A program made the translations under genes and the position numbers. Of a DNA stretch of 64,000 nt, positions 40,348 through 50,600 are shown piece after piece; the first letter of the stretch is position 1; each line of letters starts with the position of its first letter. The notes below the pieces were generated by a model. The model ran no database searches and was not told where the DNA came from. It saw nothing but the letters and a program-made list of their open reading frames with translations. This stretch comes from Candidatus Anderseniibacteriota bacterium (lineage in GTDB: Bacteria; Patescibacteriota; Andersenbacteria; UBA10190): positions 474,544 to 538,543 of the forward strand of contig JACPWO010000001.1 in assembly GCA_016197005.1 (NCBI GenBank), written 5' to 3'.

Positions 40348-42147
40348 ATGATTGAATCATTTCTCACGATAATTCTTGCTCCCTTGATTGCTCTGGCAGC
40401 AACACAGCAAGTCTCTATTGTCCCACAAGATACACAGTATGGGGCACTAGCAGCCGCGCAGATATATAACAGCGGATTTTCGACTAACCCAGTCGGAGGA
40501 TCAGTACCAACAGCAGCGCGCGGAACACTAACCGCGTTTCTTATTACAAACCAAGAACACGGAACGCCAGGGGAGCCGGTGGTGGTACGAGCATTGATTC
40601 GTAATGATAGCGCCGGTCCCGCTCGAGATGTAGCGGTAGAACTTTTAGCAGAAGGCGGACTTGAAATAACATCCGTCGAACCAACGGCGGATGATCAAGA
40701 CGAAGACTCACTAACCTGGTTTGCACCTGATATTATTCCTTATGAATATCTGACATATGATATTACTTTCGCTACTTCTTCGCCCGGCCATCTTACCTTG
40801 CGCGTGCAATATCAGAATACAGACGGCAAAGCTTCCGTAGAAACAACTCGGGGGTTAGTGGCGGCTGACGAAGATACCAACCCGACGGAAGAATCGTCTC
40901 CCAGCAGCGCATCTCCGACGCTCGGCGTTAACTTTCAAACCGCGCTGAAAAACGGCACGTATGTCATATTCTGCGGTGATGAAAATGACAGTGAGTGCGC
41001 TGAAAAAAAACCGACACTTGGTAGTCGGTTTAACGAAGCGGTTGCTTCGATCGAACCCGGGGAATGCCGAGTAAACAGTGACGATATCATTGTGACCCCC
41101 GAATATCACGATGCGCTTGGACGAAAATCTCGGCCAGCAGCATATTTTATGTTTCCACTATACGAATCCGGTCAAGATTTTAAGAAATTAGTAGTAGAAA
41201 ATGAAATTGATGGCATTAAAAACATCATTGCAGTCCGCCGCAAACTACTCCCCATATGGCTCGCTTGCGTAAATAAAAAGCAGACACAGGCAGATTGCAA
41301 CCAAACATTAACGGAAGCTCAAAAGAATTTGCTCAAGGATTATGAGGCCATTCAAGATCGGCGGAAAGACCGATTTTCGCCCATTGCTAAACAAGCAGTT
41401 AATAATGCGAATGAATCAATTCGCCGTTCATGCGGTGTTGATTCCGAAAACAACTTACAAGGACCTATCGATGGTGTCCAAAAAGTCTACGAAAGCACAC
41501 TAGATGCTCGAGAGCAGGCCTATACGCCAACGCAAGCTACTTTTATTGCTCTTCTGGGAAACCCGCGTGATGTCAAAGACCCATATAGTGTGTTCGGATA
41601 CGCCCTAACAAACTCCTATCAAGCACACACAACAATTGATAAAAGTCGGGACGAAGCAGTTCGGCTGGAGAATTGGGAAGTCATGCTCGACTCTCCCAAG
41701 ACAGACGCAACGACCTGTGAGAAGGAAATTGTATTTAAAGAACGAGTAGAACGAACCGCTTGCGAGTCTGGTAATTACACGCAAGATATAATCCGAGATG
41801 CTCCAACGCCCGTGAAAGCGAGGCAAGGGTCCATTCAACCACCAAATATTCCTGGTAACATTCCAGAACAATATGCTAACAAACAAACCGTTACCATTGA
41901 AGATCAAGCGCTCGTCGGCGAAGTGTGCGGAGGCCGTCCCGGAGATCCGTATTGGGCCGCCGATTGTTCCTGTAAATGTAACGATGTTTTGAGCTCAGCT
42001 GGCAACGTAATTCCCAAAGGTGATGCAACTGGTGCTGGATTTAACTTATGCCAAGGACAAAAAGAAATAACCCGTCATGATATTTTTGTTACCGATCAGG
42101 CTGAATGCTTAAAACAAGGAGACGAAAGCGATGAAGAATCCTTTTAG
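40348..42147 (+). CDS. Secreted hypothetical protein with Cys-rich C-terminus
   Basis: N-terminal hydrophobic signal/anchor; no known motif; tight spacing within co-directional block. Confidence 0.55.
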   Translation: MIESFLTIILAPLIALAATQQVSIVPQDTQYGALAAAQIYNSGFSTNPVGGSVPTAARGTLTAFLITNQEHGTPGEPVVVRALIRNDSAGPARDVAVELLAEGGLEITSVEPTADDQDEDSLTWFAPDIIPYEYLTYDITFATSSPGHLTLRVQYQNTDGKASVETTRGLVAADEDTNPTEESSPSSASPTLGVNFQTALKNGTYVIFCGDENDSECAEKKPTLGSRFNEAVASIEPGECRVNSDDIIVTPEYHDALGRKSRPAAYFMFPLYESGQDFKKLVVENEIDGIKNIIAVRRKLLPIWLACVNKKQTQADCNQTLTEAQKNLLKDYEAIQDRRKDRFSPIAKQAVNNANESIRRSCGVDSENNLQGPIDGVQKVYESTLDAREQAYTPTQATFIALLGNPRDVKDPYSVFGYALTNSYQAHTTIDKSRDEAVRLENWEVMLDSPKTDATTCEKEIVFKERVERTACESGNYTQDIIRDAPTPVKARQGSIQPPNIPGNIPEQYANKQTVTIEDQALVGEVCGGRPGDPYWAADCSCKCNDVLSSAGNVIPKGDATGAGFNLCQGQKEITRHDIFVTDQAECLKQGDESDEESF

Positions 42148-42895
42148 CAGTCCGGCTACCTGGGTGGCTATTAGTTTTTTAGCAGTCGGTATTTTTCTCC
42201 TTGCTTGGTGGTATAGCAGCCAGGATACGACTGCGTTTCCTGCCAATACTCCATCTCTAAAAACAATTGCGCAAAAAATACTGGAGCCAGTGATGCCGAC
42301 TACTATTCCGGCTGAACCCAATGATGCGTTTACTACCTATCTAGAAGCGGCGACCGGAATATCCGAACAAACCTCTTATACGGCTCGATACAAACTATAT
42401 GCTGGCGTTACCGGTCAGATAACAGAAGGGCTTTCCCAAGAGGAAGAGGTAGCTGCATATGTTGAAGAAGAGAGAAAAAACTTACTGCCTTCAGACTTTG
42501 CAATTCCGCCGCTGGACGCGACGGCTACCGAAGTTACTGCCTACCAACAATCTATCTCACCTACCGCAAACCCAGCGATAACTGCGGTTACGAGCCCAGC
42601 GATTGCGGATGCCTTTCGTAAGTATTTTCAGAACCCCACCACCTCTGCCCTAGATAGGATTAATCAAGATCTCGAAACCACCATTGCTGAACTCAATCGC
42701 ATAGCTGTGCCTGAATCTTTGCGCCCTTGGCATACTGAATACATTCATCTCCATGCGCTCCTGTTAGAAAATATCCAGCTTCTTAAAACAATGCCAGAAG
42801 ATCCCATCGGTGGTCTCGTTGCCGCCCGGAATATTCAAGAACTCGGTGATCGCTTCAACCAACTAGCGAAGGCGCTCAATACGCTGGTACCATAA
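42131..42895 (+). CDS. N-terminally anchored hypothetical protein, paralog family member A
   Basis: N-terminal TM; C-terminal ~70 aa similar to the next two genes (IAELNRIAVPESL...LLENIQLLKTM). Confidence 0.55.
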   Translation: MKNPFSSPATWVAISFLAVGIFLLAWWYSSQDTTAFPANTPSLKTIAQKILEPVMPTTIPAEPNDAFTTYLEAATGISEQTSYTARYKLYAGVTGQITEGLSQEEEVAAYVEEERKNLLPSDFAIPPLDATATEVTAYQQSISPTANPAITAVTSPAIADAFRKYFQNPTTSALDRINQDLETTIAELNRIAVPESLRPWHTEYIHLHALLLENIQLLKTMPEDPIGGLVAARNIQELGDRFNQLAKALNTLVP

Positions 42896-42901
42896 GAAGT
42901 C

Positions 42902-43801
42902 ATGCCTTCTTCAATCAACCGTTTAGGAATAGTGGTCGCTGGTATTGCGGCGCTTGTCATCGTTGCCATTTGGACCCTTTTCATGGGTACACGAGCAGTG
43001 TGGCGACACTTTCATGAACCTGCACCGATCGCGACAGAAGAACATAAAACTGACGTATTATCCGATCAGGACACGGACCAAGACGGCTTAAGCGATGACT
43101 TAGAACCCATATACCGCAGTAACCCAGTTGTTGCTGATACTGACCTGGATGGGACAAACGATGGTGACGAGGTAGTAGCCTTACGCGACCCAACAACTGC
43201 TGGGCCAGACGATGCACTTTTTCCAGAAAACGTCACAAATAACGCCCTTAATGAGAATACGCTGACAAATAAATATCTTCAGACTCTCCCCGCCGATGCG
43301 CCTAGAGAAGAAGTGCTGTCGCCAGAAAAACTTGAAGGATTTGTCGATCAAAATCGCCAACAATTTCTTCCTCAACCTGCTTCTATCCTCATAAAAACCA
43401 CAACCGAGGAGGGGAGAGCAGCAATTGAGGCCTATTTAAACACTGTCTCTTCTTCGCACAATACTAAACTCGTTTTTATATCGAGCGATGACATTGCTCA
43501 GGCATTTCAAAAAAGCTTTGGGCAAGAACAGCATGCTGACTTAGACGCCATTATTGAAAAATTAAAAGCAAATATTGCCATTTTAAAAGAGGCGGCCGCA
43601 CCCGCTGAAGCGGCAGAATTACACAAGAAGCTTGTAGCTGCCAGTGAAGCCCTACTCCAGAACGTACAACTTCTGCGAAATATGAAGGTAGACTATGTAG
43701 CGGGCTTGATTGGTGCAAAAAATCTAGAAGGATTGGCGACAACGTTCACTGAGATAACTACGAGTATTAAAGACCTCGAGTCGAAGTACGGGCTTGAGTA
43801 A
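42902..43801 (+). CDS. N-terminally anchored protein with Asp-rich calcium-binding (thrombospondin type-3-like) repeats, paralog B
   Basis: DQDTDQDGLSDDLE and DTDLDGTNDGDE repeats; C-terminal region paralogous to genes A and C. Confidence 0.55.
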   Translation: MPSSINRLGIVVAGIAALVIVAIWTLFMGTRAVWRHFHEPAPIATEEHKTDVLSDQDTDQDGLSDDLEPIYRSNPVVADTDLDGTNDGDEVVALRDPTTAGPDDALFPENVTNNALNENTLTNKYLQTLPADAPREEVLSPEKLEGFVDQNRQQFLPQPASILIKTTTEEGRAAIEAYLNTVSSSHNTKLVFISSDDIAQAFQKSFGQEQHADLDAIIEKLKANIAILKEAAAPAEAAELHKKLVAASEALLQNVQLLRNMKVDYVAGLIGAKNLEGLATTFTEITTSIKDLESKYGLE

Positions 43802-43815
43802 GCTATACTAACGCC

Positions 43816-44778
43816 ATGTCACGGCGAATTGTTATCGCCATCCTAGTGGTCCTTATCCTTGGTGTCCTTGCCGGTACCGTGTGGCTTGTTATTTCTCGTT
43901 TACGCGCAAACGCTCCCACGGACACAGCCAATGACACCACTCCGGGAACATTGGAAGAAGCTCCTACAGGTGGCCAAAATATAGTAAATCCTACCGGTGA
44001 TGATGACGGGGATGGTCTTTCAAATGCCGATGAGTCTATTTGGGGAGCTGATCCTAAAAATGCCGATACTGACGCAGATGGGTTTAAGGATGGCGAAGAG
44101 GTACGCAATAGCCATAATCCAACGATTGCTGGGCCAAACGACATCCTACCGGATGGATTTACACCAGGAAAAGAAATAACACCTATTGAAGCCGCTCCGG
44201 CTCAACCAATTGCGGTTGACCAGTTTTTTGAAGAGAATGTAAATTTAGAAATTGCGCCAGGTAGAAATTTAACTCTGGAATATGAAAGCAAATACCCAGA
44301 AGATCAGCGAACAGAGGCCAGTTTAATGGATTTTGTCTATCAACAATCTATCGAAGTAAAACTGCCCACCCCTTCCGTTAACTCAACAAATATTTTACAA
44401 CGAGAAGCGAACGCTGCCGACATTAATGCATATGTAGAAGAAGTGGGAAGTTTAGATTTCTTAGGAAACGAGCAAGTAATACAACTAGCGTTGAACGAAC
44501 TACTCAACAATGAAGATCCAACTCTAATTCAAAGTCAAGCAGTACAATTGCAGGTATATCAACAGCTTTTAATTAAGACCCCCGTACCTAAACAAGCAGA
44601 GAGTGTTCACAAATTACTACTAGGCTATAGTGAACTTGCAACAGCCACTTATAATCAAGCCGCTCTTCACCCCGTTGATCCCGTGAAAGCCCTTGTAGCT
44701 ATAAACCAACTCGAATTGATAAATGGGCAATATTTGCCTTTAATTGAACAAGAATTAAATCGCCTTCTCTTAGACTAG
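43816..44778 (+). CDS. N-terminally anchored protein with Asp-rich calcium-binding repeats, paralog C
   Basis: DDDGDGLSNADE and DTDADGFKDGEE repeats; conserved C-terminal helical region shared with A and B. Confidence 0.55.
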   Translation: MSRRIVIAILVVLILGVLAGTVWLVISRLRANAPTDTANDTTPGTLEEAPTGGQNIVNPTGDDDGDGLSNADESIWGADPKNADTDADGFKDGEEVRNSHNPTIAGPNDILPDGFTPGKEITPIEAAPAQPIAVDQFFEENVNLEIAPGRNLTLEYESKYPEDQRTEASLMDFVYQQSIEVKLPTPSVNSTNILQREANAADINAYVEEVGSLDFLGNEQVIQLALNELLNNEDPTLIQSQAVQLQVYQQLLIKTPVPKQAESVHKLLLGYSELATATYNQAALHPVDPVKALVAINQLELINGQYLPLIEQELNRLLLD

Positions 44779-44860
44779 GAAGAACTTTGGCAGGCCGGTA
44801 TCTTAATTAGGCTATAGCTTCTTTCTTTGCCAAACTCTGTTAGAATATGTCTAACTTGCT

Positions 44861-46720
44861 ATGTCCTTCTTTCGCCCTGCTTTTTATGCTGTTGGCTTCC
44901 TAATAGTATTTGGCATTCTTGTTGCCGTTCCGAAAGCACACGCAGATCCACATGCAATGTTCTATACCGCAATTGGTCAACAGCAACTCTTTTTTAACGT
45001 TTTAGCAGCCTTGGACCAGGCAGATTATGTTGAGCCATCTACCAACACAACTGGAACTGATTCAGGAAGTTCTCGGGAAGAACTTATAAAAGAGCGTGAT
45101 GAGGCAGCTAAAGCACTTACTGAAGGTGAAACTGGATATCCAGCTGAAGATTTTCCAGTACTAAAAGCAACTGAGAGCGATCTAGCTTCAGTCTTAACTC
45201 GTAATATTTCACTTGAGGGACAAGATATTTGGACTAGTTATTTACTACGGGAAGCTGTGAAGGAAGAGGAGCGACGAGAACATTTTGAAAAACTCACTGG
45301 CATCTTATGTAACATAAGTCAGGGAGCATGTTCTGGTGAAAAAACTCCAAGAGAAGCGTTTGAAACAAGCCCTTTTGAAAAGGCTGTTAATTCCATTACA
45401 AACGGTGCAGTTGGCGCTCTCTTTTCAAGTAACGATCCTAATAGTTACGATCAAGAACGTCGCCGTAAGGCTTTAGAAGATCAGTTCAAAGGAGACGCAG
45501 CTGAATCTATTCCATACCGTGCGGATATCGCTGCGCTAGAGTCAGCCACAAGTGGAGATGTAACAAAAAAAACAACAATTACACAGCTCAAAAATGCTCA
45601 GCTCCGCGGACTACGAAACCCTGTGATAAATCCAAACGCTTTAAGTGGTATTGTTTTTGACCCCGAGACACAAGAACCCTCCCTTGCGTTTGATGAAAGC
45701 AGTGAAGAGTATGATGTTTCTGCATTTACTGGTTCTATTAGTAATTTCCTAACTCTTAATCAGGCGCTTGGTTCAGCCGCGTCAGAGGGAGCAAATAAGA
45801 GCATCGCAAGCAAAAACAGCACAACAGAAGACGGGGGGTACTTAGCAGAAACTATTCAAGCTGCTCGTCCTGCTGGGAACGGAGCAATTGGAGAACTATC
45901 GCCGCGAATACTTCGTCCAGCTGGTGCGGGTCCAGCTGTATTATCAGGAGTAATTTCTAGCTTAGGAATTTCTGAAGGTATTCCCTCTGATGTCAAATTA
46001 AGCGACAAGGAAGACAGCAAGGACGAAGACTGTGATATTAAAAAGGACGGGATCTGTGTAAAGAATAACAGCCCGATTTGTTTTGTAGGCGGCAGCTCTC
46101 TAACCGTTTCGTTTACCCTGAGTAGTACTGGCGGAGAGTCAAAAGCAGGAGTAGTAGCTTTATACCCAACCCAGCACGATGGCGAAATAGGAGGACCAAT
46201 TCGCGATCCGTCTTACTCTCCTCCGTCTAATAATTTTTACGGTAGCAGCGGAAGATCTTGGGGTAATCAATCTATTGGTAATCAAACATACTCTGTATCC
46301 GGAACAGCACAAGTAAACGGTGTACTTGGATATCGCATCCTCTTTAGATACGGTCAAAGCAGTTCCGTTGCTGCAACTTTAATTATTCCTGAGTGCAATG
46401 CCACTACTAGAAGTACCGATCAAAGTCGAATCTTTGGAGCCCAAGACTCGGTCACTGTTAGTCCTTCTTCACCTACTCCAGAAACAATCAATTCACCTGT
46501 AAATGGTTCGGTTTTAGGTACACGAGAAGACTTAAGGAGTGCGGACAATGATTATCTTCCTTTGCATGAGGAAAGTTATGAAGCTCAGAGCTTACTGCAA
46601 GCCCTATCACCGCTTCATTATCAACGCAAAAAACCTGGAAATTCTAGTTCCGGTGGTACCGTCAGTGGGGCAAGCACTACTTCTTATTTTCAGCAGGCGA
46701 TTACTAACTACTTCAAATAG
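44861..46720 (+). CDS. Secreted hypothetical protein (619 aa)
   Basis: N-terminal signal/anchor (FYAVGFLIVFGILVAVPKAHA), Ser/Gly-rich, no known motif. Confidence 0.5.
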   Translation: MSFFRPAFYAVGFLIVFGILVAVPKAHADPHAMFYTAIGQQQLFFNVLAALDQADYVEPSTNTTGTDSGSSREELIKERDEAAKALTEGETGYPAEDFPVLKATESDLASVLTRNISLEGQDIWTSYLLREAVKEEERREHFEKLTGILCNISQGACSGEKTPREAFETSPFEKAVNSITNGAVGALFSSNDPNSYDQERRRKALEDQFKGDAAESIPYRADIAALESATSGDVTKKTTITQLKNAQLRGLRNPVINPNALSGIVFDPETQEPSLAFDESSEEYDVSAFTGSISNFLTLNQALGSAASEGANKSIASKNSTTEDGGYLAETIQAARPAGNGAIGELSPRILRPAGAGPAVLSGVISSLGISEGIPSDVKLSDKEDSKDEDCDIKKDGICVKNNSPICFVGGSSLTVSFTLSSTGGESKAGVVALYPTQHDGEIGGPIRDPSYSPPSNNFYGSSGRSWGNQSIGNQTYSVSGTAQVNGVLGYRILFRYGQSSSVAATLIIPECNATTRSTDQSRIFGAQDSVTVSPSSPTPETINSPVNGSVLGTREDLRSADNDYLPLHEESYEAQSLLQALSPLHYQRKKPGNSSSGGTVSGASTTSYFQQAITNYFK

Positions 46721-46726
46721 AGTTAC

Positions 46727-48808
46727 TTGATGCCATCACTCAAAAAACTTTACCGACCACTACAGCTCCTTCTGATTGGAATGAGTTTTGCTTTTCCGGG
46801 TGGTGCCTCAGCAGAAGAAGTTTACGACATCAGAAACGCAGAACCCATGTACGTCCTTACTTACAATAAGGCAACTCTTATTAGCCAGTACGGGTGTCAA
46901 GAAGTACCAACAGAAGATCGAGTTAATGATTTAGGGTTTGTTGCCTTTGTTATTCCTGATGGTCAAGTGCTAATTAAAACAGTAGAAAGTGAAACCGGGC
47001 AAAATGCTCAAGCAACCAAAAAAGTGTTTGCGTTTGCGTGGGCAATGTGCACAGAAGCACAAGCAGAGGCGGCTTATAAATCACAACCTCAAATTGAAAC
47101 CGGTATCACGCTGGAAGGTGTCCAATATTACGCAGCACAAATAATAAGTTCGGTATTGTGGATGGTAGCCGAAATCGGATTATGGCTACTACAACTTGCC
47201 AGTAAGCTGCTTTTTCCGGTTTTAACCGCGGGGGCTTTTATTACGAACGATATCGTACAAAAGGGGTGGCCTTTCATCCAAGGCTTGGCAAACCTTGGCT
47301 TTATCCTAGCGTTACTAGCAATAGCAGCTTTAACTGTCCTGCGTATTGACGTTGGCGGCGGAGTAAAGCGGCTGCTTCCTCGCCTTTTGATTGCTGCACT
47401 GCTTATTAACTTCAGCCTTGTTATAGGCGGGGTTATTATCGATTCCTCTCGAGTTGTTATGGCTATTTCTTGGCAAATCCTTAAAGGTAGTTCAGGGGCA
47501 ACTCCAGATAAATTAGGGGCTCGGATCATAGATAATTCTCAGCTTATGAAGAATGTTTTTTGTCCGGTAGGATCAGGGGCAAATGCATCATGCGTAGGTG
47601 GTAGCTTCGAGCTTCAGGGGAAAATATATACAACCTGGGATGGTGTTTTAAAAGTTGCAGAGGCAACAATATTTATTTGGGTCATCACAGGAGCCTTGCT
47701 CGTGCTGGCAATTATGCTCTTCATACGCCACGTGGCTCTATTACTACTCCTTATAGTTTCTCCCTTGGCGTATCTGGCTGCCGCGATGCCAGCAGCTGGT
47801 AAATTTGCCTCGCAATGGTGGGAAAATTTCTTGCGATACGTTATTTATGGTCCGGTAGTCATGCTTATTCTCACAATCATTGCTGCCTTAACCGAATCCG
47901 AGAGTGCGGGTGCTGGAATCGATGTAAAATCTTCGTCACTGCGAAATATTATGGAAATGTCGGTGGTTACAGTCTTGATCATAGTAGCAGCAACTGCGGG
48001 TAAATATGTTGGAATGTACGGAGCGGGAGCAGCAGTCGGATTTGTGAAGGGTTTACCAGGACGCGCAGCTAGAAATCCCAAGAAAACTGCCGCCTTAGCT
48101 GCTGGCATTGCTACCGGAGGGCTTGGGTTAGTTCCTAGTCTAGCCGCTGCCGGCGGAACAGCCTATGGAATACGACGCACACAAGATGCCTGGAAAAAAT
48201 TCCAAACTGGTAGAAAGAAAACCCAAGAAAAGAAAGAAAAAGCCTCCTTTATGCAAAGAGCGGGCGAAGTCGGTTTTCGCAAAGCAACCAAAGAAGCAAG
48301 AGGTAGAAATGAAGCATTCAGAGACGCTCGAGTGCAGGGAGATCTTAGTCGCTTAAGTAGAGCTGAACTTACTACCAACCCAGCTCTTTCTCCAGAAAAA
48401 CTAGCTAATCCTTCATTCCTTACGGGGTTAGGAAAATCTAATATTCAAGAAATATTGAAACGAGGAACCAGGAGCCAGCGTGTCGGAATTGCAGCCAGTG
48501 TTGGATCTATGAAGCAAGAATCACCTGCCATGAAGACCGTAATTGACGGGGTAATTAACCAACAAACATTTGATGTTTACAACAGTGCTCAACAAGTTAT
48601 TAATGACCCTACTGCCACCCAAGGAGCAAAAGACAAGGCTGCAAATGAAATTGATGGTATTAATCGTGTTCTGCGCAGTTTGGCAAACAACGAAAAACTT
48701 GTTGATAAAATGGATGCAGGTCAGATACAGCAAATGCTAGAACACGAAGATACGAAAACCACAGATGATCTTTTAAAGAGCCTTAGTAAGACACGGTCTA
48801 GCGGATAA
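46727..48808 (+). CDS. Polytopic membrane protein, VirB6/TrbL-like candidate (T4SS-like inner-membrane component) with Lys/Ala-rich C-terminal tail
   Basis: Signal peptide, ~120-aa extracellular domain, >=6 TM helices, ~230-aa hydrophilic tail; lies next to a VirB4-like ATPase. Confidence 0.5.
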   Translation: MMPSLKKLYRPLQLLLIGMSFAFPGGASAEEVYDIRNAEPMYVLTYNKATLISQYGCQEVPTEDRVNDLGFVAFVIPDGQVLIKTVESETGQNAQATKKVFAFAWAMCTEAQAEAAYKSQPQIETGITLEGVQYYAAQIISSVLWMVAEIGLWLLQLASKLLFPVLTAGAFITNDIVQKGWPFIQGLANLGFILALLAIAALTVLRIDVGGGVKRLLPRLLIAALLINFSLVIGGVIIDSSRVVMAISWQILKGSSGATPDKLGARIIDNSQLMKNVFCPVGSGANASCVGGSFELQGKIYTTWDGVLKVAEATIFIWVITGALLVLAIMLFIRHVALLLLLIVSPLAYLAAAMPAAGKFASQWWENFLRYVIYGPVVMLILTIIAALTESESAGAGIDVKSSSLRNIMEMSVVTVLIIVAATAGKYVGMYGAGAAVGFVKGLPGRAARNPKKTAALAAGIATGGLGLVPSLAAAGGTAYGIRRTQDAWKKFQTGRKKTQEKKEKASFMQRAGEVGFRKATKEARGRNEAFRDARVQGDLSRLSRAELTTNPALSPEKLANPSFLTGLGKSNIQEILKRGTRSQRVGIAASVGSMKQESPAMKTVIDGVINQQTFDVYNSAQQVINDPTATQGAKDKAANEIDGINRVLRSLANNEKLVDKMDAGQIQQMLEHEDTKTTDDLLKSLSKTRSSG

Positions 48809-49413
48809 TGACTCTTATGCCGTCTACTAACTTCTCTGGTATACCTGCCGCATCCTTGGTAATGATTCCCGAGGATAGACGCGCAGAATATATTCGAGCG
48901 CTACGAGCGCTACCTGTAACTTTACTTAAGGCTACTACTTCCGCAAAAACTGGTGCCTACATACTAGGTCTAGCAAAAACGCATGATATCCCCTTGGCAC
49001 AAGTAGAGAATATTTCTTTTGCTATATTTGAAATATTAATTGGCAAAAAAATATTAGTTCAGTTACCTAGTATTTTTTCAACCGAGCTACAGGTTGCTAA
49101 TGACAAAGCTCAGACAATGGCAAGAGAAGTAGAACGTGACTTAATTGCTCCTATATCGTCCGAATTAAATCGATATCTAGCTGATCAAAAAAAAATACAA
49201 GGAAGCATAAGTTCTAAGATTGGAAAGCAAAAATCTAAGCCAGTAGCTACTTCTCCAGCGTTGTCACCAACAACCAACTCAAAACCGGAAATTAGAACAT
49301 TTTCCACCCCTCCATCATTAAAGCGAATACCAAATAAACCTGCAATTCCTCCAAACATTCTTGATCTAAAAAAGAAGTGGGAACAACCAAAGCCCCCACC
49401 AATTCCCAACTAG
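48808..49413 (+). CDS. hypothetical protein, Pro/Lys-rich C-terminus
   Basis: 201-aa ORF translationally coupled to the upstream gene (overlapping stop/start). Confidence 0.4.
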   Translation: MTLMPSTNFSGIPAASLVMIPEDRRAEYIRALRALPVTLLKATTSAKTGAYILGLAKTHDIPLAQVENISFAIFEILIGKKILVQLPSIFSTELQVANDKAQTMAREVERDLIAPISSELNRYLADQKKIQGSISSKIGKQKSKPVATSPALSPTTNSKPEIRTFSTPPSLKRIPNKPAIPPNILDLKKKWEQPKPPPIPN

Positions 49414-50102
49414 CGTTCTGTTTCCTCAATTTTTAGCTGTCCAACGTCGTGTAATCTCTGATTGTGGGATGTCATTGGGTTATAGAAGTTATAAAACAGC
49501 TCTAAAAGTTCAGGGGTTTTTAAAGGTACGGCCCGTAGTCCAATTGCTCGCAGACCGCTAGCCACTTGCTCAACCCGTTGATACAACTGGGCACGATAAT
49601 GTCCAAATTCTTGCTCCGTAATTTTCTGGTTCCCGGTTGCTGCTTTTGCTCCTTTAAATATACGAGCAAAGAATCCTTCTTTGGAGGCTTGAGTAACTGA
49701 AAATGGGATAGTTACAAAAAATGTTTTTGTCATAATACTACTGTCTTTTACTAATTCACTGACGAAGTTAATATATTCTCCCATTTGAACTCGGAGCAGC
49801 TCATTTTGTTGTTTTTCCCGTAGTACCTTGACTTCTTCGAGATAGGGGGTGATATCTGCTTTGCGAGAAGAAATAGTTATCTGAATAGGATAATCAAGAG
49901 AGTTGAGAAAGTCTTGGTAGGCAAAGATAATAGCACTCTGTTCGTCTTCAGACTTTAGGGCGAAGTTAATCGAGGAAACCATAATGACTGCTCGCATTGT
50001 CCCATCATTCAATACTAGAACTCCATCTCGAATTTCTTTAAGACGCACCAGTACCTGGGAGGGTTTCCCTTTCTTCTCTGTTGATTTCATTTCATCGACC
50101 AT
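49410..50102 (-). CDS. hypothetical soluble protein
   Basis: 230-aa ORF divergent from the VirB4-like gene; no motif recognised. Confidence 0.45.
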   Translation of the reverse strand: MVDEMKSTEKKGKPSQVLVRLKEIRDGVLVLNDGTMRAVIMVSSINFALKSEDEQSAIIFAYQDFLNSLDYPIQITISSRKADITPYLEEVKVLREKQQNELLRVQMGEYINFVSELVKDSSIMTKTFFVTIPFSVTQASKEGFFARIFKGAKAATGNQKITEQEFGHYRAQLYQRVEQVASGLRAIGLRAVPLKTPELLELFYNFYNPMTSHNQRLHDVGQLKIEETER

Positions 50103-50106
50103 AGTT

Positions 50107-50553
50107 CTACTGAGGGACAGTTAAAGGATCTTCTTCATCTACTTTAGAAATATTACCTTCTGTTTCAAGCGAACGCGAGGTAGCTGCTAAAGCAGAAAAG
50201 TCTTCTTGGGCTGATCCACGAGCGATGAGTAATTCCTCCCACTCTGCATCCTGAATAACAAGAATGCGAGGGGTCTTTGTGCGCTGCCAGATATATAATT
50301 GGCCACTAGAGTAAAAGCGGAAAGCAGACGACACCGTTGAAGCGAGAGACTTACCATTAACTTTCCAATGAGCAAATGCGGCCGCTATACCCAGCACAGG
50401 GAAAGCAGCAGAAAAAAAGAGAGCAAGATCAGAAAACAAGAATACTGGCACTAGCGTTAGAGCCGCAGCTACATACATAAGAAACTGTTTTAGGGTAAGC
50501 GGCCCCAAAATTTTATCTTCAATATCAACAAACTGCGGTACCTGATAACGCAT
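50107..50553 (-). CDS. Small 2-TM protein, PrgI/VirB3-like candidate
   Basis: 148 aa; N-terminal MRYQVPQFVDIEDKILGPLTLKQF followed by two adjacent TM helices, as in PrgI/VirB3-type proteins. Confidence 0.4.
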   Translation of the reverse strand: MRYQVPQFVDIEDKILGPLTLKQFLMYVAAALTLVPVFLFSDLALFFSAAFPVLGIAAAFAHWKVNGKSLASTVSSAFRFYSSGQLYIWQRTKTPRILVIQDAEWEELLIARGSAQEDFSALAATSRSLETEGNISKVDEEDPLTVPQ

Positions 50554-50600
50554 CGTCTTTGCATTATAGCAGAAACTAACGTGTGGTATGATGCAGAGAT

